64,000 bases of DNA from NCBI GenBank assembly GCA_043228905.1, contig JBHGNT010000013.1, positions 7,130,001 to 7,194,000 of the forward strand. The letters run 5' to 3'. This document shows, piece by piece, positions 23,895 through 35,854 of this stretch; position 1 is the stretch's first letter; each line of letters begins with the position of its first letter. Position numbers and translations under genes: made by a program. The notes beneath the pieces were generated by a model. It had not been told where the DNA came from. It was given only the letters and a program-made list of their open reading frames with translations, and did no database searches. Source of the DNA: Azolla caroliniana. Taxonomy: Eukaryota; Plantae; Polypodiophyta.

Positions 23895-24146
23895 CAAAAT
23901 TTCAGAAATTTGAGGGCAGGGAGGATAATTTCGAAAAGTCAAGGGTGAACAGGGGAATTTCAAAAAATCAAAGAAAGAGAAAAAAGAAAGGAGTAGAGAA
24001 GAGAATTTCAGAAACTCGAGGGCATGCAGACAAATTTCGGGAACAGAAGGGCAAGACACGAAATTTCTAAAACTAGAGGGTACTTAATATAATTTTAGAA
24101 AAAAAAATTGAGGGGTACGACATCAAATTTTGAAAACACAAGGGTA
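23895..24146. repeat. Degenerate ~30-bp-period array (AATTTC..AAA...RAGGGYA, about 8 units)
   Basis: Examples: AATTTCAGAAACTCGAGGGCA, AATTTCTAAAACTAGAGGGTA, AATTTTGAAAACACAAGGGTA. Confidence 0.55.
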
Positions 24147-24458
24147 CAAAAATTCATCACACTCACATTAATGAAGACACACACACACAATATATACCCA
24201 CAATCATTGATAAACCTAAATGACGTTACCACAGTGAATAAGATGATTGGTGTGCAATCCAATCGTGCGATTATGTTGATCGAACAAGAAGGTTTGTGTC
24301 AAGCTAGCTTTGATTGAAGTCATTGATCGTCGAGTAGTAATCTGGTCGAGGAGTTTTCGATCGCGAGAGAAGATCGATGGAGTTTCGATCAACAAGAGTT
24401 TTTTTGGCATGGGCTTGTGGGTCCGACATGCAATGCATTGTCCGACAGGCGTGCTAAG

Positions 24459-24795
24459 TGTTATCCATATAGGTGTACGGGATAAATAGGGTGTAATGTG
24501 TATGGGTGTGTAATATGTAATATGTATAAAAGTGTGTTATGATAAGTATGTGTGAGCACATGCATAATTATGTGCATGTGACAAGAGTGTATCGTCTCTT
24601 TTATAACGTTCATTATTTACTGTTACATTATGTACTATAAAAAACCCCTTATAGGGCACATAGGGAGGATACATATTTTTCCCCTCTCACATTTGTGTCA
24701 TTTTCTATTTGTCTTTCTCTCTAGCTCTCTCACTATCGTAACCCCCTTGGGAGGGGGGTGAAGCCATTTTAGGCTTCACCCCCACCCCAACAACA
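24459..24795 (+). repeat. LTR (family X), 3'-type copy
   Basis: TGTTATCC...AACAACA, an inverted homologue of 32331-32678, preceded by the tRNA-like junction motif. Confidence 0.8.
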
Positions 24796-24949
24796 CTTTT
24801 GAGTCACGCCCAGATTCCACGGAGTAGGACGAGACCCCTACCGAACAGGCAAGCACTCCGGAGATGACTACGACGACCTTACCCAACAACACAATCCTAG
24901 TCACGACAGTCACTACGGAGGAAGCAGAACAAGATGACATATGCAAAGC

Positions 24950-27900
24950 GGCTCAGGTCTAGGTAGAGAAAGCAAACGAGACCAACGTGGAGTGGATGAG
25001 GCAAGAATCACCGAGCGCCACCACGTAGAGCGATGATAAGACATTATCGCCAGACCCGATATGGCAAGCTTTGGCGGATTGCGAAATCATGTTGACCATG
25101 GATAAGCTATTACTACTGCTTCCACGGTTTTGACAGGTGGTAGAGAATCACATACGGGGCACCGTCGGACTAGTAATCTCATCTAATTACACAGAGTCCA
25201 ATACCAATCTAGCAGTGATAGATCACCATAACCCAACCATCAAAGTGGTACTTTAGGGCCAAGAAATAACGTAATGCATTGTCGATGGTGGTTCCAGCAT
25301 AAATGTCATTAGTAAAACCACTTGTGCTAGGCTGGGCATTACAAACTAGAAAGCATGCCCATTCTAGCTCCGAATGACAGACACTCGCTTTGTCAGACCT
25401 TTAGGTTTAATTCGGAAGCTAGGGATCGTGGTCGGCGGCCATCATTTTGAGAATTCTGCGGTCGTGCTCGCGCTGGATGCCCCAAGAGCATACCCAATTT
25501 TGTTAGGTAGACCATGGTTACGGTCTGCTAATATCAAGCAGAATTGGCAGCATAACTACATCAGCTTCCGACGCAGGCGAAATAAGGTCTGCGTACTGAC
25601 GTAGGAAACATCCGCACCGACCAAAGCTATAATGCCACTATACGCAGAAGAAATTAATATGTTGGAGGGTCTACAGGATATAGAGCTAGAACAGTACCTC
25701 AACGAAAACCTGCGGATAATACCATTATTTAAAATTGATGTCCTCAAGGCCGCTAGAGAGTACGCCCCAAGAAGAGGAATACGAACTTGATCCCGAGTCT
25801 ATGTTGGAGCTAAGGAGAGCACAAGAAGTGTTCAAGAAGGAAATGGAAATCTCGCGAAGGGTTACCGCGTCCGCATTGGAGGAGATTAATGTCAGAACCA
25901 TGGAGGTTCCACTGCTGCTCTCAATTGCTAAGGACCTGATGCCAAATGAGAAAATGGCCATGAAGGAGCTGCTCTAGGAATTTAAGGATGTCTTCGCATT
26001 GTCTCATGAAGACATGAAAGGCCTGGACCCGAAATTTTATCAACACAAGATTAACTTGGCCACGGATGCGAAACCGGTGCAGCAGAGATGCTATCATATG
26101 AACCCAAATTACGCAGCCCGTGTAAAGGAAGAAATTGACAAGCTCTTGAAAGCGGGGTTCATCCGACCAGTAAAACATGCCACATGGTAGAGTCCGATAG
26201 TGGTGGTGCCAAAGAAAAATGGGAAAATATGTGTGTGCGTCGATTACCGTAAATTAAACGTCGTTACAATTATGGACGCGTTTCCCTTACCATTTACGGA
26301 TAGTGTATTAGACGCGGTCGCATGCCATGACATGTATAGTTTTTTGAATGGATTTAGTGGATACAATCAAGTACGAATGCACCCAGACGATCAGGAGAAG
26401 ACTGCGTTCGTCATAGACTTGGGAGTTTTCGTAGCGGTGGTTATGATGTTCGGTCTGAAGACGACCCCCGCCATGTTTCAACGAACTATCACGGAAATCT
26501 TCGGTGAATTTATACCTGCGTTTATGCAAGTCTTTCTCGATGACTTCGCAGTATATGGGACGTGAGGAGAACATTTTAGCCATTTGCGGCTATGTTTGGA
26601 ACAATGCCATACCTCGCGCCTAAGCCTTAATCCAAGTAAATGCGCAGTCGGGGTCACTAGTGGAGCTCTGCTCGGACACATCGTGAGTAAGGAGGGGATT
26701 GCGGTAGATCCCAGCAAAATTAAGGCTATCGTGGAAGCAAAAACTCCTAGTAACGCATAAGTGCTAAGTCGCTTCCTCGGGCAAATACGTTGGCACAACC
26801 GTATGTTACGATACTTGGCGGATTTCACAACCCCCCTGCATGCCGCAACAATGTACTCCATTCAAATGGACAACAACAGAAGATAAGGCGTACGAGGCAC
26901 TCAAAGTAATGTTGACCCAAGCGCTCGTCGTACAGCCCCCAGATTGGTCTAAATCATAATACGTATTTGTGGATACCTCCGACATTGCAATCGGCAATGC
27001 GCTAATGCAGCTCACTAAGCCTAGTTGGTACTGACCAGTATACTACTCTAGCTGTAAATTATCGGATGCAGAGCGGAATAATTCAACAATAGAGCGTGAA
27101 GCCTTGGGGATGATTTACAACGTAAAGAAATTCCGACATCACTTACTAGGGCGGAAGTGCACGTTTCATGTGGACCACGCGACGCTACTCTACTTAGTCG
27201 AGAAACAGGCGTTAATGGGGAAATTAGCCAGATGGATGTTGCTACTCCAGGAATTTGAATTCACAATCTAGCATCGGCCAGCCGGGTACATAGCACGCCG
27301 TAGTTGATTATCTAAGCAAACTAGATAAGGGCGACAACGCAATAAGACGAGACGACGATTTCCTTGACGCCGATATTTTGCGGGTTGCGGCTATAGCGAC
27401 ACAAGACGAGAAGAGTTTTCCGGACCGGTGGCCGATGGAGATGACCTACTTCTTGACAATGGGACTGCCACCACCATAGCTACAAATAGACGAAAAGAAA
27501 AAACTCGCTGTACAAAGCCGCAATTTCTGCCTAGTTGAGGGAGTCCTATATCATAAGGGGAGCGACGGTATCTGGAGGCACGATATACAACAAGAGGAGA
27601 AAGAAGACGTTTTATGTGAAGCTCACTGCGGAACGGTAGGAGGGCATTACGCATGAGACGTTACAACCCGAAAAGTATGGCAAGCAGGCCTTTGGTGGCC
27701 AACTACGCAAAAAGACGTGTATCAATATTGTAAAGAGTGCGACCTCTGCCAATGCATGGGCCAACCTACGGAGCTTGCACGGATGCCGTACCAGCTAGTG
27801 CTCTCGCTTTGACCCCTTCCAAAAATGGGGTCTCGATTTTGTCGGCCCCTTTACTCCGGCAACGACACAAACATGACATAAATATATCGTAGTCACCACA

Positions 27901-30900
27901 GATTATTGCACAAAATGGGTAGAAGTGAAAGCATTACGGTATAACACTGCAGCATCGACGACAAAATTCTTATACAAGCACATTTGGTGCCGTTTTGGCT
28001 GTCCAATAGAACTCATAAGCGATCAAGGAAGCCACTTTTTGAATATGGTTATCCACGACCTCACACACCATTACGCCGTAGTACATAAGAAGAGTACGCC
28101 GTATTATCCTCAAGTGAATGGATTGGCAGAATCAACGAACAAGACGCTGTAGAATATCCTGAAAAAGATCGTTAATGAGAATATAACGGACTAGGACACG
28201 AAGCTACATAACGCCTTGTGGGCTTACCGCACGAGCTACAAGAAAAGCATACAATCAACTCCCTTCCGACTAGCGTACAGGCGCCCATTGAATTTCAGGT
28301 ACCCAGCTTACGTATTCAAGTCTGTGAAAGACTATCAGAAGGTCAGTCCGAACATATACGTTTACAACAATTATAGGAGTTCGGCGAAACACGAGTCCAA
28401 AATATGGCAATCTTGGAACACGAGCAAAGACGGCGTAAAGCGTTCGTAGATCGACACCGAGGCACTAGTGAAAAACACTTCAAAGTTGGAAAAGTCGTTT
28501 TAGTTTTCCAAACCCGGATGGGCCAAATGTCGGGAAAATTACAATTCCGCTGGACAGGGCCGTATTGGATAATAGGGGCGGAAAATGGAACCTTTCAATT
28601 AGGGACCCTTGCAGGTGAAATATTGCGGCAAAAAGTGAACGGGTTCCGCCTAAAGCCGTACTTCAGACCTACGCCACCGAATCCGTTTCACACCGTTGCT
28701 TCCCACTCCAACCAGTAGCCTGTAAGAAAGTAACAGTAATATTGTACTTTACCGTTACAAAAAAAAAAGAATAAGAAGAAGGAGAGGACAATCACAACTA
28801 TTAAAGGGCTTTTATGCATGCACACTTTCCAAGGGAAAGAACATGCGTCGATACAATGAGGCACAGGCCCATGAACCCTAAGTCACAAAAAGAGGAGAAC
28901 ATATGGTTTTCTGCACATTACAGAAAACATAATCAAGCTCCCCTCACTCTCCTTGTGCTCCTCTCTCTCCTCGCTCTCCAGCTTTTTATAGGCATCACGG
29001 GCCAAGCAACTTGTGTGTCCTAACCCCTAATCACTCCTCGCACGATCCCTACCATGGTACTATGCCGATCCCCATCTCCTCAGCACTGCGACGATGGCTC
29101 CTGGAAAAGGGCTTTGAAGGCTACATCCGGGTAGCAGAGGCGCCACCGCCCTCCGATGCCCAAAAAATCACCAAGAAGCTCAATGTCGACACAGTTATGA
29201 ATGCCAGCATTAGAAAGAAGCTGGGTTTGACGGCCTTACGAGAGAAACATTCTCCCTACAGAAGACCTAGAAAGATATTTCGAAGAATACTCAACCTCTA
29301 CCAAAGCCTACAGAACAAAGGACATTCCGAACGCTTTTTTTCAGGAGGTTGCAAATTTTTTATTGGAAGCCCATCATTAAGAGAAGGCTTGCACGCTTTT
29401 CAGGTCACGAAGAAGCTGCGTCCGATAATACAACAATACTTAACCGTGCTCCCCGAGAACTACCCGCACCGGATACAAGACCCACGCCTCCACCTCGGTT
29501 TGGGAGGAATGGGACCCTAAACCCTAAACCCTAAACGACGATTAACAGACCTCATGTCGACGGAATGGGAGGAAGAACCAAACCCTACCACCGTCGAAAT
29601 AGCGCCGATGCAAGAGGAAAGGTAGGTCAACCACGTCGATTCCGGAGAAGCGCCATCTACGGCCGAACAGGAACAACCAGAGCCGAGTCACGGTAGCCCT
29701 AGGCCTAAGTGTCGACGATTGGATCGCAAGGATGGTCGCGGATTGGTAAAGGATGTAGACGCACGGGTAGAAGATTGTGCGCGCCCACGGAGCCCACATC
29801 TACACTGGAGCTCATCCACGAGCTGTAGCCAATCATAACAACACAATCGCAACGTGGAAAAGGCGTGCTTACGATAGAAAGTGAAGTTTTACACTATCTG
29901 GACATTTCGGATACGGCCCATGAGTTCGGCGTGTTGTTACAGTTCGGGACGACATATGAATGAATGCAATTCCTAGCGACACAATAGATCAAGGTGTACC
30001 AGAGAATGGCCGAGGAGCACGCCGAACAACAGTTGATTGAGCGTGCACTAACATAGACGACGGAGAGCAAAGATGAGGGTCGACTAGCGAAAGTGGGCTG
30101 GAAACATAATGCAGGGGTCCGGTGGGTTGGAATTGAATTGCCTCCCTTGAATGCTGCCTTAGTAGAGGTTCATCGGGAGTTAGCAAAAGTGAGCCTGGGT
30201 GCCAAAGATATGGCAATCAAAAATAAAAATGTTTGGAAAACAGTAAAAATGACCCAGGAACAATTGAACAAGGCGCAGGAGTGCATCACGCAACTAGAGT
30301 GCAATGTGGCTAGTATGCAACCTCCCCCGGCCCTGCGCCTCACGACATGGAAGTTTAGACGCTAAGGGAAGAGGTGGAGGCCCAAGCAACACTCGCGACC
30401 AAGGCAAAAAGGGCTATGAAGCTAGCCAAAACGGAGATTGACCACCTCAGATCAGAGCTCCGCCAATCATTTGACAGAGAAGCAAACATCAGGGTGAAAG
30501 GACGCAAGGCGGTGAAAACACTTCAAGATAAGCTCGATGTGGAGGTAGCAGCACATGGCCAAAAAAAGGAAGAGAAGGAAAAGCTATAGGAGGAAGCAAG
30601 TAAAAAGGAGGCCGTCATTACGGCGATACGGGAATTAGCACAAAGGAAGAAAGCATGGTATGAAGAGCAACTCGCACATGAGCATGAACAAACCCACCAA
30701 GTCGAGATACGCATGAATAATGAAATGGATCGGCTCAAGCAACTACACTTGAAGGAGTCCCAGATCTGGGCACAGATGATGACCCACTATGAAGAGGCAA
30801 CAACTAACAAAGGGAAAATTGAGAATCTGAAGAAGGCACTGGAGGAGTCGCAAGCCCACAAGCCCGCTCCCAAAAGGACAGGATCCACATAGTCCTCCAA

Positions 30901-32304
30901 ACAAAGTAGGAACGGTTTACGGCGTAGCTGCAAGCAGCCTTGGACAAGGATTGGGCCGGATGGGTAAAACAAGCGGCCGAACTCCACACCTACCGAGCGG
31001 ACTAGGAAAATTAGCACAAAGAAGGTAAAGGCTTCTATAAGTTAAATGAAGAGAGCATCGCCGCGGTATGAGAAGACCTAATGCAGGACTATCACGTGTT
31101 AGCCATCCGACACGTAGAGGTGATAGCAGAACAACTGGAAGATTTCGGCGAAAGTCAGGAAGATATCTTCCATCAGTTGTGCATGATCGGAAGCGAGCAT
31201 CAAAGGGTGGGGGAATTGAAGAGGGCGGAGGCTATTACCGTCCAAGACAACGACTCCGCAGAGCAAAATGAGCCTCCAACTGATCCTAATGACGCTCTGG
31301 AGGTAACAACAATGTCGGAGGCCCCCATGGAAGAAACAGGCCTGGAAGAATCACGCCCAGATGTCTGCCCACGCCCAACGACAGAGCCGCCAAGAAACGA
31401 TGTATCCTCGCCCATAGATGGCATACCAGCCGAGCCCACCACAGAAATGCCTTGAGAAGAAGACCAGGCCCCCACGCAAGAAACAGGCCCGGAAGAGTCA
31501 TGCCCAAATTCCACAGAGCAGGACGAGACCCCTATCGAAAAGGCAGGCACTCCGGAGATGACTACGACGATTGTACCCAACGACATAGTCCCAGCCACGA
31601 CAGTCACTACGGAGGAAGCAGTACAAGAAGAAATATGGCCGGAGCCACCCATGGAGACACTAGAGACGGAAGCATCGGTTCAGCCACAAAGCGATGAGCC
31701 CAACCTCGTTATGGCGCCACCAATCACGACAAGTAACAACGGGCGCCCAGAGCCAAATATCCTCAATATTTTGGTAGACTAGTAAACGGAGGAGGGGTCC
31801 GACGTGCCAAGGCACTGTCCCACAGGCGTGCCAGGTGTGGTCCGCCATAGAAAGACAAACATAAATAATGCATAATAAAGAAGTGTATTAATTATAATAG
31901 AAGTGTTGAAGTAACGCATGTAACAGTTCACGCAGGAAGCGTAACCAACTAGGCCCTATGTATATAAAGGGCCTATGAACATTGTAAAGGGTTAGCGCAT
32001 TTCTAAGCACAGTCGTTTAATATAGTTTTTGTCTTCTCTGAGCTCCATCTCTTATCTCCGGTCTCTTCTCTGTTTTCTCTATGTGACTATTTAAGCGTAA
32101 GCGTGTAAGAGGAGTACATGTGTGTAGTTACGCACATTAAGAGCTTGATTGTAGCCGTCTCCAGTTTTACGCCTTTAGTAAACACACTCTAACGGTATAA
32201 GTCAATACGTTCCAAGAACTACGCGAGATCCTACCCTTGCACCACGATCACCTTGATTCCCACCCTGAAGGACTGAGGGTAGGCAGTGTTCCTAACCGGC
32301 AACA
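24950..32304 (+). mobile_element. 5'-truncated, degenerate Arg-primed gypsy element (family Y): PR-RT-RH-INT, extra ORF and 3' LTR 31836-32304
   Basis: VDGGS protease, FLDDF RT, FLGQIRWH and SDQGSHF integrase, with many stops. The extra ORF starts MPIPISSALRRWL at 29062. The LTR ends CGGCAACA. Confidence 0.88.
29062..31782 (+). pseudogene. Extra 3' ORF (fragmented)
   Basis: GYIRVAEAPP, AHEFGVLLQFGT and PPLNAALVEVHRE blocks shared with the other two copies. Confidence 0.75.
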
Positions 32305-32309
32305 CTTTT

Positions 32310-32678
32310 GTCCCACCCCGCGTGCCAAAATGTTGTTAGGGTGTGGGGTGAAGCCTACAATGGCTTCACCCCCCTCCTAGGGGGGTTACGATAGTGAGAG
32401 AGCTAGAGAGAAAGGAAAATAGAAAATGACACATATGTGATAGGGGAAAAATGTATATATCCTCCTTATGTGCCCCATAAGGGGTTTTTTATAGTACATA
32501 ATGTAACGGTAAATAATGACCGTTACAAAAGAGACGACCGTTACACTCTTGTCACATGCACATAATTATGCATGTGCTCACACATACTCATCCTCACACA
32601 CACGTATACATATTACATATTACAAACCACACCATACACAGTACACCCTATTCATCTCGTACACGTATACAGATAACA
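32310..32678 (-). repeat. 5' LTR (family X, 32331-32678) with PBS TGGCACGCGGGGTGGGAC
   Basis: Reverse-complement homologue of 24459-24795, with an 18-nt tRNA-Arg-like PBS 3 nt inside the LTR end. Confidence 0.8.
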
Positions 32679-33313
32679 ATGGCGGGATGTGAGCCGAGCG
32701 CAAGTAAGACGGTTGGGTGCCGTAATGACGATTGGGGGTGTCCACCGACGTGTGTTTGCTGTGATGCACAACGTGAACCGGGCATGCCAAATTGTGTTAT
32801 CCCCTTCCTGGGAAGCAACACCTTTGATTGTCCTTTCAGAAATCGGATCAAGGGGTCGTGGTATGTGGTGCAAAAATAGAAGGTGCACGAGATTGGCTCT
32901 ACACTTAGTGCCGTGTAATGAAATGATTGACATCACTTAGCCGTAATACACGATCTTAATTCAAGAATGAACTTCTAAGCGTCACCGTAAACATAGAATA
33001 GAATAGACCCAAAAACCATATATATTTAGATTACTCGTGGAGGAACAATGATACACGACTCACGACCAGAGTTACAAAAGTATGACCAGATGCTCTTATA
33101 GTATCCTATCCTATCTAGGGGGGCTTCCTCTCTCCTTTCATTTCTCCTTCGCGTTTTATAGCTTTTCCTTTTCCCACTTGGCGTGCTTTATTTGATCGTT
33201 TTCGGCTGCATGTATTGTGGCTGTATGTTTTTTATTACGGTTGCCTTCACCTACTTTGCCTACCTCCAGATTCGTTTCACACTTAATATACAAAAATTGG
33301 CCCACGGACAACA
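32679..33313 (-). mobile_element. Probable 5' LTR (32795-33313), PBS TGGCATGCCCGGT and leader of another Arg-primed element
   Basis: TGTT...AACA termini and a PBS like the one at 20295-20307. Single copy, so the boundaries are less certain. Confidence 0.55.
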
Positions 33314-33336
33314 TCCACCAAACTTGACTTTGATAC

Positions 33337-35854
33337 TGTCATAATATGGCAAGACTCGAACCCATGACCTTATATTACATGGGTCGAACTCTTACCATTA
33401 GGCTATCTATTGTAATACGAAAAATATTATTTTCATTTAAGTTTTACTATAGAATATTGATGTATATTCCAAATTTCTCTGGAACATTCTAGAAACTTCA
33501 AGAGTAATCCTGAGAACACTATAAAAGGAGGCACAAAGCATTATTTCGAACCAAATCAATTTAACGCTAGTCTTAAGCCTCATAGCTATTCTTGTACTTA
33601 CTCTTCATATAATATAATATATCTTTTGTTATCATCATTCTCCATCTCTCTCTCTCCTTCTCTCTCTCCTTCTCTCTCTCCTTCTATACCCTTTTCTCTC
33701 TCATAGTACTAATTCGCATCTCTTAGTACTAATTCCCTCTTTGTCTTAGTATTGTTCCTGACAGTTTGAACCGATTTCCTCTCCCTCCTCATCCTCTTAT
33801 CCCTCCTTTCCTTCATACTAATCCTCTTATCCGCCATAGTAGAATGGCAATTGTTAGCGCTTAGGAATACCAATCTATTTTCTTGAAGTTCTAGTGCTTA
33901 AAAGAGAAGTTTGTAGCACTAGAACAAGAAAATCACCGTTTGTTGGGGGATCTTCAACAAATAACGTTAGAAAAACAACAACAGCACGGGGAGCTGACGT
34001 TACGTGTACAACAACTTGAAGCAACTATTATATCACTACAAGAACAAGGATCAAGCACTCAAGGGATTCACAAAGAACCCAAGATCGGTCTTCCTACGAA
34101 ATTTGATGGGACCTGATCACAATTTAGAGGTTTTCTTAATCAGGTACGTTTAGTGATTCAAATGCATCCTTCTCGATATTCCACTTATGCATCACGAGTC
34201 GGACTAGTAGGCACTCTACTTAGTGGCACGACTTTGGCATGGTTCACCCCCCTATTAGAAAAAAGCTCTCCCTGGTTAAATAATTTCAAAGAGTGTATTA
34301 CCGAGTTTAAAGCCTATTTTGGAGATACTGACAATGTAAGGACGACAATCAACAAAATCTGGAGATTGTGTCAAGGTGAGCGGCCGGCCTCGGCTTATGC
34401 TGCGGACCTTCATCTTCTCGCCACCGATATTCCCTCGGATAACCAGACATTAATGGAGCAATTTCGTTTTGGCGTACATAATGATGTTAAGGATTTACTC
34501 TTAACCTTCCCCGGAGAGCCAAAGTCATTGACAAAAGAAATCACTCGAGCGGTGCGATGCGACAACCGCCTTTTCGAACGACGTTCAAAACGTCAGTTCT
34601 AGAGGCCAAGGACAAGATCAGAGCCCACCTATGCCTCAGTGGTAGCAAAACCTTTTTCAAGGGAATCATATAATGCGTCTCCAGCAAATACTCCAACTCC
34701 GATGGAAATTGACACCACACGTTGTCGCGGGCCATTATCGGAAGAGGAAAAACAACGACACCGAACAAATCGACTATGTCTTTATTGTGGTGGACCAGGG
34801 CATATCACAATGAACTGTCCTCATAGGCCAAGAAGACAGGTAAACCAAATAGTCGCTAGTACTAATTGTTCTAAACTCAAGTCTTTTTCAGTAGGAATAT
34901 CCGATAGTCCTAATAGTACTAATAGCCCAAGTTTATCGAATAAATTGATGTCCTTAGTCAGTTAGAAGAAGAGTTAAATGACTAAGTCCAGCCAAAATAG
35001 GAGATGTTTGGTTGGATAACCCTAGATCTGTGCAACCCATTAGTGGCTCCATTCCCTCTAAGGAAGTTAGCAATGTGTTCTTAGCTCAAGTAATCGTTAG
35101 TTCTAAAAGTACCCCTCTAGTACATGACTTAGCACTCCTAGATTCTGGAGCTAAATCTTGCTTCATGGATAGGAATTTTGCCCAAGCTCATCAGATATCC
35201 CTAAGCAAACTCCCGTGTCCAGCCTCTATAGTAGTCATTGATGGTCGTCCCATTGCTTCCGGAAATATCATAGAAGAGTCAGAGCCAGTTAATATTGCCC
35301 TAGATAAATTAGCATGTGTAGTATCACTTAATATAACTAGTACCCCAGAACATCCCATTCTTTTGGGATTACCATGGTTTGAATTACATAACCCAAACAT
35401 AGATTGGAGAACAAGAGAAATCCTATATCAACAAACCCAAGGCTCTACTCATAAGATTGCAACCATTTCGCTACATCAGTTGCGCGAGGAAGGATGCTAG
35501 GAAGAAATATACCTCTTCGCAGTATCAGTAGAACACTCCAACACCACTGAAGAGGAGTCCACCGTTAAAATTCCAAAGAAGTATCATCATTATGCCGATG
35601 TGTTCGATAAAGTACAACCCAATACCCTTCCTCACCATCGACTGTATGATTACCCCATTGATTTACAATTGGGAAAAGAGCCACCATGGGGACCGATCTA
35701 CAACTTGTCACCAACCGAGCTAGAAGTCCTTCGAGCCTATATGGAGGAGAATTTGGCAAATGGTTTCATTCAACATTCGAAATCTCCAGTTGGCGCACCC
35801 ATTTTCTTCGTCAAGAAAAAGGATGGATCACTACGTCTCGTCGTAGATTACCGT
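33337..35854 (+). mobile_element. Degenerate chromovirus 5' half (LTR 33337-33763, gag, protease, start of RT)
   Basis: Colinear with 6310-8835. Truncated at LVVDYR by the Trp-group LTR. Confidence 0.92.
33340..33412 (-). promoter_or_regulatory. tRNA-like Pol III type-2 promoter inside the chromovirus LTR (also 6313-6385 and 11549-11621)
   Basis: A box TAGCCTAATGG (33405-33395) and B box GGTTCGAGTCT (33362-33352), 32 nt apart. Confidence 0.65.

Noticed and set aside
33340-33412. Functional tRNA gene
   Set aside because: A and B boxes are present, but I cannot fold convincing acceptor and anticodon stems. Reported as a tRNA-derived cassette instead.
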